NCBI RefSeq assembly: GCF_000940845.1
Contig: NZ_CP010341.1
Coordinates: 840,001-872,000 of the forward strand
Reading direction: 5' to 3'
Length of the DNA stretch: 32,000 nucleotides
Origin: Propionibacterium freudenreichii subsp. freudenreichii
GTDB lineage: Bacteria > Actinomycetota > Actinomycetes > Propionibacteriales > Propionibacteriaceae
Numbering within the stretch: the stretch's first letter is position 1; every line of letters starts with the position of its first letter. The position numbers and the translations under genes are program-made. Positions 1 through 9,988 of the stretch are shown one piece after another. Under the pieces are notes generated by a model that worked only from the letters and a program-made list of their open reading frames with translations, searched no databases and was not told the DNA's origin.

Positions 1-44
1 GGCGCGGGAGCACCGACTGCGCCCGGATCACCCGGGCCTTTTGC

Positions 45-377
45 GTGATGGGTAAAGATAGACACATGTCCGAATCTGCACCGATGACTGCCCCGGAAGG
101 TGGCACGGCACTCGCCGAGCGTCCTGCCGAGGATGCCCTCAGCGCCAACCCGTGGGTGACGGTGGTCTGGGACGATCCGGTCAACCTGATGAGCTATGTC
201 ACCCACGTCTTCTGTAGCTATTTCCACTATTCCCGCGATCGTGCCGAGCGTCTCATGATGCAGGTGCACATGGAGGGCAAGGCAGTGGTCAGTTCCGGAG
301 GGCGTGAGGAGATGGAACGGGATGTGAACGCCATGCACGGCTTTGGCCTGTGGGCAACAGTGTCGCGGGCCGAATGA
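45..377 (+). CDS. clpS: ATP-dependent Clp protease adaptor protein ClpS
   Basis: 110-aa ORF. The core NPWVTVVWDDPVNLMSYVTHVF...RDRAERLMMQVHMEGKAVV matches the conserved ClpS fold. Start is ambiguous (GTG45, ATG48 or ATG66). Confidence 0.85.
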   Translation: MMGKDRHMSESAPMTAPEGGTALAERPAEDALSANPWVTVVWDDPVNLMSYVTHVFCSYFHYSRDRAERLMMQVHMEGKAVVSSGGREEMERDVNAMHGFGLWATVSRAE

Positions 378-982
378 TGCATGGTTTCCGGCGCCGCCGC
401 GGCCAGCTCACCTGCACCTTCGAGGACACGGAGTTGACGATCCTGTGCTCCCTGACCAAGACATTGCTCCAATTGCTGCGCTCCGATGCGATGCCGCCGG
501 TGCGTGCCAGCTCCTGGAATGATTCCAGCGATTGCTCTCCCGAGGCCCTGTTCGCCGAGCTGGAGAACCAGATGGGGTGCGAGGTCAAGGCCGATTTCGC
601 CACCAATCCCGAGGTTGACCCCGTGTTGCGTCGCCTCTTCCCCGATGCCTACCGCGACGACGAGGGCGCCTCCACCGAGTTCCGCCGCTTCAGCCAGGCC
701 TCCGAGCGTGACGAGAAGCTCGACGCGGCCGTTGCCATGCTGTCCGATATGAACCAGGTGGGCCACGACGGGCGCTGCGCCGTGCCTGACGAGCATGTCA
801 ACGACTGGCTCAAGACGCTGACCGCGCTGCGGGTGGCGGTGGCCGTGCGACTGGGCATCAAGACCTCAGCCGACGCCGACGAGTTGGGCGAACTGCCCGA
901 TGAGGATCCCCGTACCGCCGTCTTCTCCATCTATGAATGGCTGGGCTGGGTGCAGGAATCCCTGCTCGACTGCCTGCACTGA
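374..982 (+). CDS. DUF2017-like acidic protein of unknown function, translationally coupled to clpS
   Basis: ORF frame is open from 350. ATG374 forms an ATGA overlap with the clpS stop (375-377). About 200 aa, Asp/Glu-rich, no catalytic motif. From memory, a DUF2017 gene follows clpS in Mycobacterium and other actinobacteria. Confidence 0.6.
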   Translation: MMHGFRRRRGQLTCTFEDTELTILCSLTKTLLQLLRSDAMPPVRASSWNDSSDCSPEALFAELENQMGCEVKADFATNPEVDPVLRRLFPDAYRDDEGASTEFRRFSQASERDEKLDAAVAMLSDMNQVGHDGRCAVPDEHVNDWLKTLTALRVAVAVRLGIKTSADADELGELPDEDPRTAVFSIYEWLGWVQESLLDCLH

Positions 983-1069
983 CCCCGGGCGCCCGCGCGG
1001 CGCCCACGGCGGCAGTGTGGCCGGTCGGCCGATCCCGACGATTCAGGGTGCCCGTCTAGAGTTGGTCGG

Positions 1070-1888
1070 GTGAACAGGGACGTCAACGCGCCGATCGGAA
1101 TCTTCGACTCAGGATTCGGCGGGCTCACCGTGGCCCGGGCCGTGGTCGACCTGCTGCCCCGCGAGGACATCATCTACCTGGGCGACACCGCCCGTGCCCC
1201 CTACGGTCCCCGTCCGATCGCCGAGGTGCGCGAGTTCGTGCTGCAGGCGCTCGACAGCCTGGTCGCCCGGGGCGTGAAGTCGCTGGTGATCGCCTGCAAC
1301 ACCGGATCATCGGCAGCCCTGCACGACGCGCGTGAGCGCTACGACCTGCCGATCACCGAAGTGGTGCTGCCGGCCGCCCGCAAGGCCGCCCGGATCACCC
1401 GCAACGGACGCGTCGGGGTGATCTGCACCCGCGGCACCGCCATCTCGCGGTCGTACAACGATGCCCTGGCCGCCTCGCCGGTGAAGCTGTTCACCCAGGT
1501 GTGCCCGCGCTTCGTGGAGTTCGTGGAGGCCGGCATCACCACCGGCCCCGAGGTGCTGCAACTCGCCCGTGAATACCTCGCGCCCCTGCAGGCCGACGAC
1601 ATCGACACCCTCATCCTGGGCTGCACCCACTACCCGCTGCTGTCCGGGGTGATCAGCTATGTGATGGGTGAGGACGTCACCCTGGTGTCCAGCTCCGATG
1701 AGTGTGCCCGCGCCGTGTTCGCCGAGCTCACCCGCGACGACCTGCTGCGCACCGAACCCCACGAGCCGCAGCGTGAATTCTTCACCACCGGCGACCCCGC
1801 CCAGTTCGGTGGCCTGGGGCGTCGCCTCATGGGTGGCTTCGTCAATGGCGTGCGCCAATTGAGGTTGTCCGAACCCGCCGAGTTGTGA
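1070..1888 (+). CDS. murI: glutamate racemase
   Basis: GTG start. Motifs IGIFDSGFGGLTV, VIACNTGS and LGCTHYPLL carry the two catalytic Cys regions of MurI. Confidence 0.9.
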   Translation: MNRDVNAPIGIFDSGFGGLTVARAVVDLLPREDIIYLGDTARAPYGPRPIAEVREFVLQALDSLVARGVKSLVIACNTGSSAALHDARERYDLPITEVVLPAARKAARITRNGRVGVICTRGTAISRSYNDALAASPVKLFTQVCPRFVEFVEAGITTGPEVLQLAREYLAPLQADDIDTLILGCTHYPLLSGVISYVMGEDVTLVSSSDECARAVFAELTRDDLLRTEPHEPQREFFTTGDPAQFGGLGRRLMGGFVNGVRQLRLSEPAEL

Positions 1889-2041
1889 GCCCCGGGCAGC
1901 CGGGTCAATGGCCCGGCGCACCCTCGGGGTGGGCCTGTAGCGAAAGTGTCCGGCCCGGTGCGGGTGAGGGTTGTCGCGAGCGTCTGCGGCCCGGTCCGGC
2001 CAGCATTGGGCGAACGGGGCATCACAGGTAGATTTGCAGGC

Positions 2042-2803
2042 GTGTCTGAATCGACGAAGTCCGTAACGCGGAGCGATGGCCGGTCACTTGATCAGCTGCG
2101 TCCCGTTTCCATCACCCGGCACTGGCTTGACCATGCCGAGGGCTCATGCCTCATCGAGGCCGGCCGCACCCGGGTGCTCGTGGCGGCGTCGGTCACCGAG
2201 GGCGTGCCGCGTTGGCGCAGGGGCTCCGGTCTCGGCTGGGTGACCAGCGAATACGAAATGCTGCCGCGCGCCACCAATACCCGCAATGACCGCGAGTCGC
2301 GGCGCGGCAAGATCAGCGGCCGCACCCACGAGATCAGCCGCCTCATCGGCCGCAGCCTGCGCGCCGTCATCGACTACAAGGCGCTGGGTGAGAACACCAT
2401 CGTCGTCGACGCCGACGTGCTGCAGGCCGACGGCGGCACCCGCACCGCCTCGATCACCGGCGCCTATGTAGCCCTCCACGACGCCGTCGAGTGGCTGCGC
2501 GAGCGTGGCTCGCTGGCAGGCGAGCCCCTCACCGGCTCCGTCTCGGCCATCTCGGTGGGCATCGTCAAGGGCGTGCCGATGCTCGACCTGGCCTACGACG
2601 AGGACTCGACCGCCGACGTCGACATGAACATCGTGGCCACCGGCACCGGCGACTTCGTCGAGGTGCAGGGAACCGCCGAGGGCGCCACCTTCGACCGCAA
2701 GCTGCTGGGACGCCTGCTCGACCTGGCCGACAAGGGAAATCGTGAGCTGACCGACCTGCAACAACGCGTGATCGCCGCCGCCGACGGGAAGGCCCAGCTA
2801 TGA
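2042..2803 (+). CDS. rph: ribonuclease PH
   Basis: [12 protein letters not shown]..., [15 protein letters not shown] and [20 protein letters not shown] are RNase PH signatures. The ORF is open from 1946, but GTG2042 gives a typical length of about 253 aa. Start is uncertain. Confidence 0.88.
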   Translation: MSESTKSVTRSDGRSLDQLRPVSITRHWLDHAEGSCLIEAGRTRVLVAASVTEGVPRWRRGSGLGWVTSEYEMLPRATNTRNDRESRRGKISGRTHEISRLIGRSLRAVIDYKALGENTIVVDADVLQADGGTRTASITGAYVALHDAVEWLRERGSLAGEPLTGSVSAISVGIVKGVPMLDLAYDEDSTADVDMNIVATGTGDFVEVQGTAEGATFDRKLLGRLLDLADKGNRELTDLQQRVIAAADGKAQL

Positions 2804-3606
2804 CCTCTGAAGTGCTGTTGGCCACCAACAACGCCAAGAAGCTCACCGAGCTGCGCCGGATCATCGTCGAATATGACATGGACATCCAGGTGCTCTCGCT
2901 GAAGGACATCGCCAGCTATCCCGAGCCGGAGGAGACCGAGTGGACCTTCGAGGGCAACGCCCTCATCAAGGCCCGCCAGGGAATGATCCACTCCGGACTG
3001 CCCGCACTCGCCGACGATTCCGGCCTGTGCGTCGACGCCCTGGGCCACATGCCCGGGGTACGCAGCTCGCGCTGGGACGGCCCCGAGCAGGAGGACATCG
3101 CCAACATGGAGTTGGTGCTGCGCCAGATCGAGGACGTGCCCCGCGGGCGTCGTCAGGCCCAATTCGTGTCGGTGATGGCGCTGGTGATGCCCGATGGCCG
3201 CGAGTTCACCACCCGGGGTGAGATGACCGGGCACCTGACCACGCGCCCGAAGGGCTCCCACGGATTCGGCTACGACCCGATCTTCGTGCCCGACGAGCAG
3301 GTTCCCGATTCCGAGGGACGCCTGCGCACCGCCGCCGAGATGTCGGCTGCCGAGAAGGACGCGATCAGCCATCGCGGACGTTCCGTGCGCGCCATGCTGC
3401 CGATCCTGGCGGCCCAGCTCGGCCTTGCGGCCCCCAAGGAACTCGACGACGAGGAAGAGATCGTCCCCGGATCGCAGAACTCCGGTCCGGCCCCCACCGC
3501 ACCGCCCAGCGAATGGACCGCCTCCATCCCGGCGGTCGGCAAGCCCACGAGCGGTGCCAACCTGGGCGACCTGCCATCGGGCGGCGTCACCCCCCTGGAG
3601 CCCTGA
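2800..3606 (+). CDS. rdgB: non-canonical purine NTP pyrophosphatase (RdgB/HAM1 family) with a low-complexity tail of about 60 aa
   Basis: ATGA overlap with the rph stop. Motifs [29 protein letters not shown] and ISHRG. The C-terminal ~60 aa are Pro/Ala/Gly/Ser-rich with no recognisable domain. Confidence 0.85.
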   Translation: MTSEVLLATNNAKKLTELRRIIVEYDMDIQVLSLKDIASYPEPEETEWTFEGNALIKARQGMIHSGLPALADDSGLCVDALGHMPGVRSSRWDGPEQEDIANMELVLRQIEDVPRGRRQAQFVSVMALVMPDGREFTTRGEMTGHLTTRPKGSHGFGYDPIFVPDEQVPDSEGRLRTAAEMSAAEKDAISHRGRSVRAMLPILAAQLGLAAPKELDDEEEIVPGSQNSGPAPTAPPSEWTASIPAVGKPTSGANLGDLPSGGVTPLEP

Positions 3607-3607
3607 T

Positions 3608-4420
3608 ATGCGTCAATACCTTGACCTGCTCACCCGCGTGATGGACGAGGGCATCGACAAGTCCGACCGCACCGGCGTCGGCACCCGCAGCGTCTTCGGC
3701 CACCAGATGCGCTTCCACCTGGCCGACGGCTTCCCGCTGGTCACCACCAAGAAGATCTACACCCGTGGCGTGTTCGGCGAGCTGCTGTGGTTCCTGCGCG
3801 GCGACACGAACATCGGCTGGCTGCACCGCAACAATGTGCACATCTGGGACGAATGGGCCGACGAGAACGGCGACCTGGGGCCCGTCTACGGCCACCAGTG
3901 GCGCAGCTGGCCGGTGCCCGGTGGCGGCCACGTCGACCAGCTCGCCAAGGTGATCGACCAGATCAAGAACGACCCCAATTCACGCCGCCTGGTGGTCTCG
4001 GCCTGGAACGTGGCCGAGGTCGACGACATGGCGCTTCCGCCCTGCCACCTGCTGTTCCAGTTCTACGTGACCCCCGGCGAGGACGGGCAGCCCGGCAAGC
4101 TGTCCTGCGGGCTCTACCAGCGCAGCGCCGACCTGTTCCTGGGCGTGCCGTTCAACATCGCGAGCTACGCCCTGCTCACCCACATGGTGGCGCAGGTGTG
4201 CGGCCTGGGCGTCGGCGACTTCGTCCACACCCTGGGTGATGCGCACATCTACCACAACCACTTCGACCAGGTGGCCGAACAGCTGTCCCGCACGCCCAAG
4301 GCGCTGCCGCGGTTGGCGCTCAACCCGCAGGTGAGGAACATCGACGAGTTCGAGCTGTCCGACATCACCGTGGAGGGCTACGAACCCGACCCCGCCATCA
4401 AGGCCCCCATCGCCGTGTGA
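3608..4420 (+). CDS. thyA: thymidylate synthase (ThyA type)
   Basis: [17 protein letters not shown] start, catalytic [33 protein letters not shown]3608 lies 1 nt after the rdgB stop. The ORF-track extension back to 3425 overlaps rdgB and is not ThyA-like. Confidence 0.95.
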   Translation: MRQYLDLLTRVMDEGIDKSDRTGVGTRSVFGHQMRFHLADGFPLVTTKKIYTRGVFGELLWFLRGDTNIGWLHRNNVHIWDEWADENGDLGPVYGHQWRSWPVPGGGHVDQLAKVIDQIKNDPNSRRLVVSAWNVAEVDDMALPPCHLLFQFYVTPGEDGQPGKLSCGLYQRSADLFLGVPFNIASYALLTHMVAQVCGLGVGDFVHTLGDAHIYHNHFDQVAEQLSRTPKALPRLALNPQVRNIDEFELSDITVEGYEPDPAIKAPIAV

Positions 4421-4507
4421 GCCTTCCGCCGGGTGGCCACGGGGGCTGCGACCCCGGCTTGAGGTCGCCCACGGCCCGCGCGTCCATTCCTGAGTTGCCC
4501 ACATTCC

Positions 4508-5137
4508 ATGAGCCGAACCACCGAGGAGCAGATGATGACCGATGCGAGTGCAAGCCATGACAATGCCCCCAAGCGGGTGCTGCGCGACGAGGACGCCCCC
4601 GGGGTGGTCGCGATCGCCGTGGTGGCGACCAATGGCGTGATCGGCGATGGGCACGACCAGCCCTTCAAGTTCCCCGAGGACTGGGCCCGCTTCAAGCGCG
4701 TGACGCTCGGCCATCCGCTCATCATGGGACGACGCACCCACGACGCCATGGGCTTGCTCACCGGACGCACCAACATCGTCGTGAGTCGCACACCCCAGGC
4801 CGTCACCTGGCCCGATCAGGCGCCGGAGGGCTCCCATGGCATCGCCGTCTCGAGCATCGAGGAGGCACTCGCGGTGGCCTCGGGGCTGGACCAGCGCATC
4901 TACGTGATCGGCGGGGGACAGATCTACAAGGCCGCCTGGGACTGGCTGACCGACCTCGACATCACCGCCGTGCACGAACCGGCCGACGGCTCGGTCACCT
5001 TCCCCGAGATCAGCGCGCAGGACTGGTCGCAGACCAGCAGCGAGCCGCACGGGGAGTTCGACTTCGTGCACTATGCGCGCATCAGCGCACCGCGTCCGCT
5101 GCCCCCCGCCACGGGGGACGCGGTCGCCGACCACTGA
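4508..5137 (+). CDS. folA: dihydrofolate reductase
   Basis: VAIAVVATNGVIG...PFKFPEDWARFKRVTLGHPLIMGRRTHD and IYVIGGGQIY are DHFR motifs. Alternative starts are ATG4532/4535, preceded by GAGGAG at 4523-4528. Confidence 0.85.
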   Translation: MSRTTEEQMMTDASASHDNAPKRVLRDEDAPGVVAIAVVATNGVIGDGHDQPFKFPEDWARFKRVTLGHPLIMGRRTHDAMGLLTGRTNIVVSRTPQAVTWPDQAPEGSHGIAVSSIEEALAVASGLDQRIYVIGGGQIYKAAWDWLTDLDITAVHEPADGSVTFPEISAQDWSQTSSEPHGEFDFVHYARISAPRPLPPATGDAVADH

Positions 5138-5140
5138 GCG

Positions 5141-6592
5141 ATGCGGGCCACGGCCAGCATCCTGCACCTCGACCTCGACGCCTTCTTCGCCTCGGTTGAG
5201 CAACGCGACAAGCCGTCCCTGCGCGGCAAGCCGGTTGCCGTCGGGGGCGTCGGGGACCGCGGAGTGGTGGCCACCGCCAGCTATGAGGCCCGCAAGCTCG
5301 GCCTGCATTCGGCGATGAGCACCTCCCAGGCCCGTCACCTGGCGCCGCACGCCGCCTATCTCAGCCCGCGGGGCGACGCCTACCGGCAGTCGAGCCGCAT
5401 CGTGATGGCCCTGTTGGGCGAGCTCAGCCCGCTCGTGGAGCCCCTGAGCATCGACGAGGCCTTCGTTGACCTGGAGGCCGGCGGCCAGGACACCAGCCCC
5501 GAGGCGATCGCCGGCCTGGTGCGTGAGCTGCGCGCCGAGATCGTCCATCGCACCGAGGGCCTGCACGCATCGGTCGGTGTCGGCACCAGCAAGTTGATGG
5601 CCAAGCTCGGCAGCGAGCGGGCCAAGCCGAATGGGCAGTTGATCGTGCCACCGGGTAGCGAACGCGATGTGCTGTCGCCGCTACCGGCCAACGCCATCCC
5701 CGGGGTCGGGCCGGCCACCATGGACCGGCTGTCACGGTTGGGGATCCGCACCGTGGGTGACCTGCGGGAGGCCAGCGTCGCGGAGCTGGTGCGCGAGCTG
5801 GGGCAGGCCGTGGGGGAGTCATTGCACGTGCTTGCCTCGGGACGCGACGACCGGGCGGTGAGCCCACGCGGCGAGGCGAAGTCGATCTCGGTGGAGGACA
5901 CCTTCGACTCCGACCTCACCGATCCGGCAGTCATCGCCTCGGTGATCGAGCGCGATGCGCGCGCGGTGGCCGGCAGGCTCACCCGGGCGGGCCTGTTCGC
6001 CCGCACCGTCACCGTGAAGGTCCGACTGGCCGACTTCACGACGCTGTCCCGCTCACGCACGCTGTCAGGCGCCACGGACAACCCGGAGCGGATCGCGGCG
6101 ACGGCCCAGGCGCTGATCACCGGCGTGCGCATCGGGCAGGGATTCCGCCTGATCGGCGTCGGCGTGGGCGGCTTCGCGCAGGCCGCCCAGGAAGAGCTGT
6201 TCGTGCTCGACGACCAGCAGGCATCCGTGGCCCCGGTCATGGAGGAACGCCAGGTGGCCTCCGCGCTGCGGCGGGGCTCCCAGAGCTGGTCACCCGGGGC
6301 CGAGGTGGAGCATGACGAGCACGGCCGCGGCTGGGTGTGGGGATCGGGCCTGGGAGTGGTGACGGTGCGCTTCGAGACGCGTCGCACCGGGATCGGACCC
6401 GTGCGCTCCCTGCGTGCCGACGACCCCGCCCTGCATCGCGCCGGCCTGCTGCCGATGGAATTCGACCACCCGGACGAGGAGGCCGAGCCCGAACACGGAC
6501 CCGGCTGGGCCCGCCTGCGTCCGACGTCGCCGACCCCGGATACAGGGGCAGACAGGGGGACGAGCACCCCCGGTACCTCCGACCCCGGCTGA
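5141..6592 (+). CDS. dinB: DNA polymerase IV (Y-family) with extended C-terminus
   Basis: ILHLDLDAFFASVEQRD, SIDEAFLD-like SIDEAFVDL and the HhH region IPGVGPAT. At 483 aa it is about 100 aa longer than minimal DinB. ATG lies 3 nt after the folA stop. Confidence 0.9.
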   Translation: MRATASILHLDLDAFFASVEQRDKPSLRGKPVAVGGVGDRGVVATASYEARKLGLHSAMSTSQARHLAPHAAYLSPRGDAYRQSSRIVMALLGELSPLVEPLSIDEAFVDLEAGGQDTSPEAIAGLVRELRAEIVHRTEGLHASVGVGTSKLMAKLGSERAKPNGQLIVPPGSERDVLSPLPANAIPGVGPATMDRLSRLGIRTVGDLREASVAELVRELGQAVGESLHVLASGRDDRAVSPRGEAKSISVEDTFDSDLTDPAVIASVIERDARAVAGRLTRAGLFARTVTVKVRLADFTTLSRSRTLSGATDNPERIAATAQALITGVRIGQGFRLIGVGVGGFAQAAQEELFVLDDQQASVAPVMEERQVASALRRGSQSWSPGAEVEHDEHGRGWVWGSGLGVVTVRFETRRTGIGPVRSLRADDPALHRAGLLPMEFDHPDEEAEPEHGPGWARLRPTSPTPDTGADRGTSTPGTSDPG

Positions 6593-6625
6593 GGGATCGG
6601 CGGTGGACCCGTGCCTGGCCGGGGG

Positions 6626-6721
6626 AAACACGGCGAGACAAGAGCAGGGCCGGATAGGAACATGGCCAGGCAGAAACACGGCTCGGCAGGAACACGGCCG
6701 GCCGGGTACATGGGGGGAGAC
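6626..6721. repeat. imperfect 48-bp tandem duplication with internal ~16-bp RGRAACAYGG sub-repeats
   Basis: Units 6626-6673 and 6674-6721 are identical at 32 of 48 positions in my ungapped hand alignment. GGAACA(C/T)GG-like cores start at 6624, 6657, 6672, 6689, 6705 and 6723. The repeat lies in the dinB/meaB convergent gap. Confidence 0.55.
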
Positions 6722-6723
6722 AG

Positions 6724-6763
6724 GAACAGGGCGCCGTCCGCAGCTGCGGACGGCGCCCTGTTC
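6724..6763. terminator. perfect 40-bp palindrome (20-bp arms), candidate bidirectional terminator between dinB and meaB
   Basis: GAACAGGGCGCCGTCCGCAG/CTGCGGACGGCGCCCTGTTC read directly. It sits between convergent stops at 6592 and 6796. There is no U-tract on either side. Confidence 0.5.
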
Positions 6764-6795
6764 ACATCAGGAGATTCACGGGAGTGAGCGAATGC

Positions 6796-7809
6796 CTATG
6801 ACGGATCCCATTCAAATCCGGGAACCGACTTGGCATAGGTCGACAAGAACTCCATCGACGCCTCCAGGGCGCTGGTGCGCTGCTCCGCAACCTCGTGTTC
6901 GAGCTTGTGGCCCAGCTTCAGCAGCTCGGGCGTGGACCGCAGCGAATCCAGAACAGCGCTCTGGATCTGCGACCACATCCAATCCACCTGCTGATCGGCG
7001 CGATACTGCTTGAGGCCCACCGTCTTGTCCACCCAGTCACGGTGTTCGACAACGGCCTTCCACACATCATCCAGCCCATCACCGGTGTAGGCCGAGCAGG
7101 TGAGCACCGGAGTGCGCCACCCATCGGCCTCGTCGTTGATGAGCTTCATGGCGATGGACAGATCGCGCGCGGTCACCCGCGCCTCGCCGGCATTGTCCCC
7201 GTCGGCCTTGTTCACGGCAATCACATCGGCGAGCTCCAGAATGCCTCGCTTGATGCCCTGCAGCTGGTCGCCCGAACCGGTGAGCGCAAGCATGAGGAAG
7301 GTATCCACCATGCCCGACACCGCCACTTCGGACTGACCCACACCGACCGTCTCGACGATCACCGTGTCATAGCCTGCGGCCTCGACGATGATCATCGCCT
7401 CCCGCGTCGCCCGCGCCACGCCACCGAGGTGGCCTGCCGAGGGCGAGGGGCGGATGAAGGCGCTGTCGGACTCAGCCAGCTTGCCCATGCGGGTGCGGTC
7501 GCCCAGGATCGAGCCGCCGGTGCGCGAACTGGACGGGTCAACCGCCAGCACCGCGACCTTGTGGCCACGATCGATGAGCCGCACGCCCATGGCGTCGGTG
7601 AACGTCGACTTGCCGGCCCCCGGCACCCCCGTCAGGCCAACGCGGATGGCGTTGCCCGAATGGGGGAGCAGGGCGGCGAGCAGCTCGCGAGCCAACGGCC
7701 GGTGAGCCGGCAGTGTTGACTCGACGAGCGTGATCGCACGCGCGAGGCCCGGGCGCTTGTTGGCGAGGACCTCGTCAACAAGCTCGGGGACATTGAACGG
7801 CCTAGGCAT
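6796..7809 (-). CDS. meaB: methylmalonyl-CoA mutase-associated G-protein chaperone (MeaB/ArgK family)
   Basis: Walker [10 protein letters not shown] and the ETVGVGQSE and NKAD motifs. The start ATG overlaps the mutB stop by 8 nt (ATGCCTAG). Confidence 0.9.
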   Translation of the reverse strand: MPRPFNVPELVDEVLANKRPGLARAITLVESTLPAHRPLARELLAALLPHSGNAIRVGLTGVPGAGKSTFTDAMGVRLIDRGHKVAVLAVDPSSSRTGGSILGDRTRMGKLAESDSAFIRPSPSAGHLGGVARATREAMIIVEAAGYDTVIVETVGVGQSEVAVSGMVDTFLMLALTGSGDQLQGIKRGILELADVIAVNKADGDNAGEARVTARDLSIAMKLINDEADGWRTPVLTCSAYTGDGLDDVWKAVVEHRDWVDKTVGLKQYRADQQVDWMWSQIQSAVLDSLRSTPELLKLGHKLEHEVAEQRTSALEASMEFLSTYAKSVPGFEWDPS

Positions 7810-9988
7810 CGAGCGAAGCCCGCAGTTTCTTGACCAGCGAGATCGCCGACTCCGGAATGACGGTGCCGGGGGTGTAGATCTCCACGGCGCCGTCCTTACG
7901 CAGCTCGTCGAAGTCCTGCTCAGGGATCACGCCGCCCACGGTGATGAGGATGTCGGGACGTCCGAGCTTGTCCAGCTCCTTGCGCAGGGCCGGAACCAGC
8001 GTCAGATGCCCGCCGGCGAGCGACGAAACGCCCACCACGTGCACATCGGCCTCGACGGCCTGACGTGCGGTCTCCTCCGGGGTCTGGAACAGCGGGCCCA
8101 CGTCGACGTCGAAACCGAGGTCGGCATAGGCGGTGGCGATGACCTTCTGGCCACGGTCGTGACCGTCCTGGCCCATCTTGGCCAGCAGGATGCGAGGACG
8201 ACGGCCCTCGGCCTGCTCGAATTCCTCAACGAGCTCGCGTGCTTCCTCAACCTCAGGCGTGTTCTTCACTTCCTTCGAGTACACACCGGAGATGGTGCGA
8301 ATCTGGGCGGTGTAGCGTCCGAAGACCTTCTCGAGCGCGTCGCTCATCTCGCCGACCGTCGCCATGGCGCGGCCAGCGTCGATGCACAGCTTCAGCAGGT
8401 TGCGATCCGGATCCTTGTCGTCGGGGTTGCCGGCGGCCCAGGTGATCTTGTCGAGGGCGGCCTTGACCTTCTCGGGATCGCGCTCGGCGCGCAGCTTGAC
8501 CAGCTTGGCCTTCTGCTCGGCGAGCACCGTGGAGTTGTCCACCTTGAGCACATCGAGCGGCGGCTCGTGCTCCAGGCGGTACTTGTTCACGCCGATCAGC
8601 GGCTGGCGGCCGGAGTCGATGCGTGCCTGGGTGCGGGCGGCGGCTTCCTCGATGCGCATCTTGGGGATGCCCTTTTCGATGGCCTTGGCCATGCCGCCGA
8701 CCTTCTCGACCTCCTGGATGTGACCCCATGCCTTGCGGGCCAGGTCCCAGGTGAGCTCCTCGACGTATGCCGAGCCGCTCCACGGGTCGATCACGCGCGT
8801 CGTGCCCGATTCCTGCTGCAGGAACAGCTGGGTGTTACGGGCGATGCGGGCGCTGAAATCGGTCGGCAGGGCGATGGCCTCGTCGAGCGAGTTCGTGTGC
8901 AGCGACTGGGTATGGCCCTGGGTGGCGGCCATGGCCTCGATGCAGGTACGCACGACGTTGTTGTAGACGTCCTGGGCGGTCAGCGACCAACCGGAGGTCT
9001 GCGAGTGGGTGCGCAGGCTCATCGACTTCGGGTTCTTCGGCCCGAACTGATGCACCAGCTTGGCCCACAACATGCGCGCGGCACGCAGCTTGGCAACCTC
9101 CATGAAGAAGTTCATGCCGATGCCCCAGAAGAAGGACAGACGCGGCGCGAACTGGTCGACATTGAGGCCCACCGACTCGCCGGCGCGGATGTAGTCAACA
9201 CCGTCGGCCAGGGTATAGGCCATCTCGATGTCGGCCGTGGCGCCGGCTTCCTGCATGTGGTAGCCGGAAATGGAAATCGAATTCCACTTCGGCATATTGG
9301 CACTCGTGTAGGCGAAGATCTCAGAGATGATTCGCATACTCGGCTGCGGCGGGTAGATGTAGGTGTTACGAACCATGAACTCCTTGAGGATGTCGTTCTG
9401 GATCGTCCCGGCGAGCTGCTCGGGCTTGACGCCCTGCTCCTCGGCGGTCACCACATAGAGGGCCAGGATCGGCAGCACGGCGCCGTTCATGGTCATGGAC
9501 ACGCTCATCTGGTCCAGCGGAATGCCGGCGAACAGCTCGCGCATGTCATAGATGGAGTCGATGGCCACACCGGCCATGCCGACGTCACCGGCGACGCGGG
9601 GATTGTCCGAGTCGTAGCCACGGTGGGTGGGCAGGTCGAAGGCAACCGACAGGCCCTTCTGGCCGGCCGCAAGGTTGCGGCGGTAGAAGGCGTTCGACTC
9701 CTTGGCCGTGGAGAAACCGGCGTACTGGCGAATCGTCCAGGGACGGAACGCGTACATGGTTGCATACGGGCCGTGGACGAACGGCGGGATACCTGCGTAG
9801 GTGTCCAGCCAGTCCATGTCCTTGTAGACGTCTTCGTTGAACAGGGTGCCAACCGGAATCTGCTCGGCCGTCTCCCACGCCTCTCCGGTGCCGGCCTTGG
9901 CGGCCAGTTCCTCGAAGCGTCGTGCGGCATCAGCAGGAACCGGGGCATTGCCGAGGTCAACTGAATCAAAACGGGGCAGAGTGCTCAC
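7802..9988 (-). CDS. mutB: methylmalonyl-CoA mutase large (alpha, catalytic, AdoCbl-binding) subunit
   Basis: 728 aa. From memory, the sequence from [28 protein letters not shown] to the C-terminal B12-binding domain [11 protein letters not shown] matches P. shermanii MutB. GTG start in a GTGA overlap with the mutA stop. Confidence 0.97.
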   Translation of the reverse strand: MSTLPRFDSVDLGNAPVPADAARRFEELAAKAGTGEAWETAEQIPVGTLFNEDVYKDMDWLDTYAGIPPFVHGPYATMYAFRPWTIRQYAGFSTAKESNAFYRRNLAAGQKGLSVAFDLPTHRGYDSDNPRVAGDVGMAGVAIDSIYDMRELFAGIPLDQMSVSMTMNGAVLPILALYVVTAEEQGVKPEQLAGTIQNDILKEFMVRNTYIYPPQPSMRIISEIFAYTSANMPKWNSISISGYHMQEAGATADIEMAYTLADGVDYIRAGESVGLNVDQFAPRLSFFWGIGMNFFMEVAKLRAARMLWAKLVHQFGPKNPKSMSLRTHSQTSGWSLTAQDVYNNVVRTCIEAMAATQGHTQSLHTNSLDEAIALPTDFSARIARNTQLFLQQESGTTRVIDPWSGSAYVEELTWDLARKAWGHIQEVEKVGGMAKAIEKGIPKMRIEEAAARTQARIDSGRQPLIGVNKYRLEHEPPLDVLKVDNSTVLAEQKAKLVKLRAERDPEKVKAALDKITWAAGNPDDKDPDRNLLKLCIDAGRAMATVGEMSDALEKVFGRYTAQIRTISGVYSKEVKNTPEVEEARELVEEFEQAEGRRPRILLAKMGQDGHDRGQKVIATAYADLGFDVDVGPLFQTPEETARQAVEADVHVVGVSSLAGGHLTLVPALRKELDKLGRPDILITVGGVIPEQDFDELRKDGAVEIYTPGTVIPESAISLVKKLRASLDA

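Noticed and set aside
21-43. Hairpin GCCCGG-ATCAC-CCGGGC followed by CTTTTG, a possible terminator of an upstream gene
   Set aside because: It ends 1-2 nt before the earliest clpS start candidate, and the upstream gene is outside the window. I cannot judge it, so it is not reported as a feature.
3425-3607. N-terminal extension of the thyA ORF
   Set aside because: It overlaps the rdgB 3' end out of frame and is Pro/Arg-rich. ThyA homology starts exactly at MRQYLDLL (ATG3608).
3980-5566. 528-aa minus-strand ORF spanning thyA, folA and the dinB 5' end
   Set aside because: It is antisense to three well-supported genes at once and crosses their intergenic gaps. It is a Gly/Arg/Ala/His-rich sequence with no motifs.
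6626-6721. Possible CRISPR array
   Set aside because: The repeats are contiguous and degenerate with no unique spacers. There are only two 48-bp units and no cas genes in the window.
7730-9964. 744-aa plus-strand ORF
   Set aside because: It lies entirely antisense to mutB, whose product I recognise residue-for-residue. The translation is a motif-free Arg/Gly/Leu/His/Val-rich string, typical of stop-poor antisense frames in high-GC DNA.
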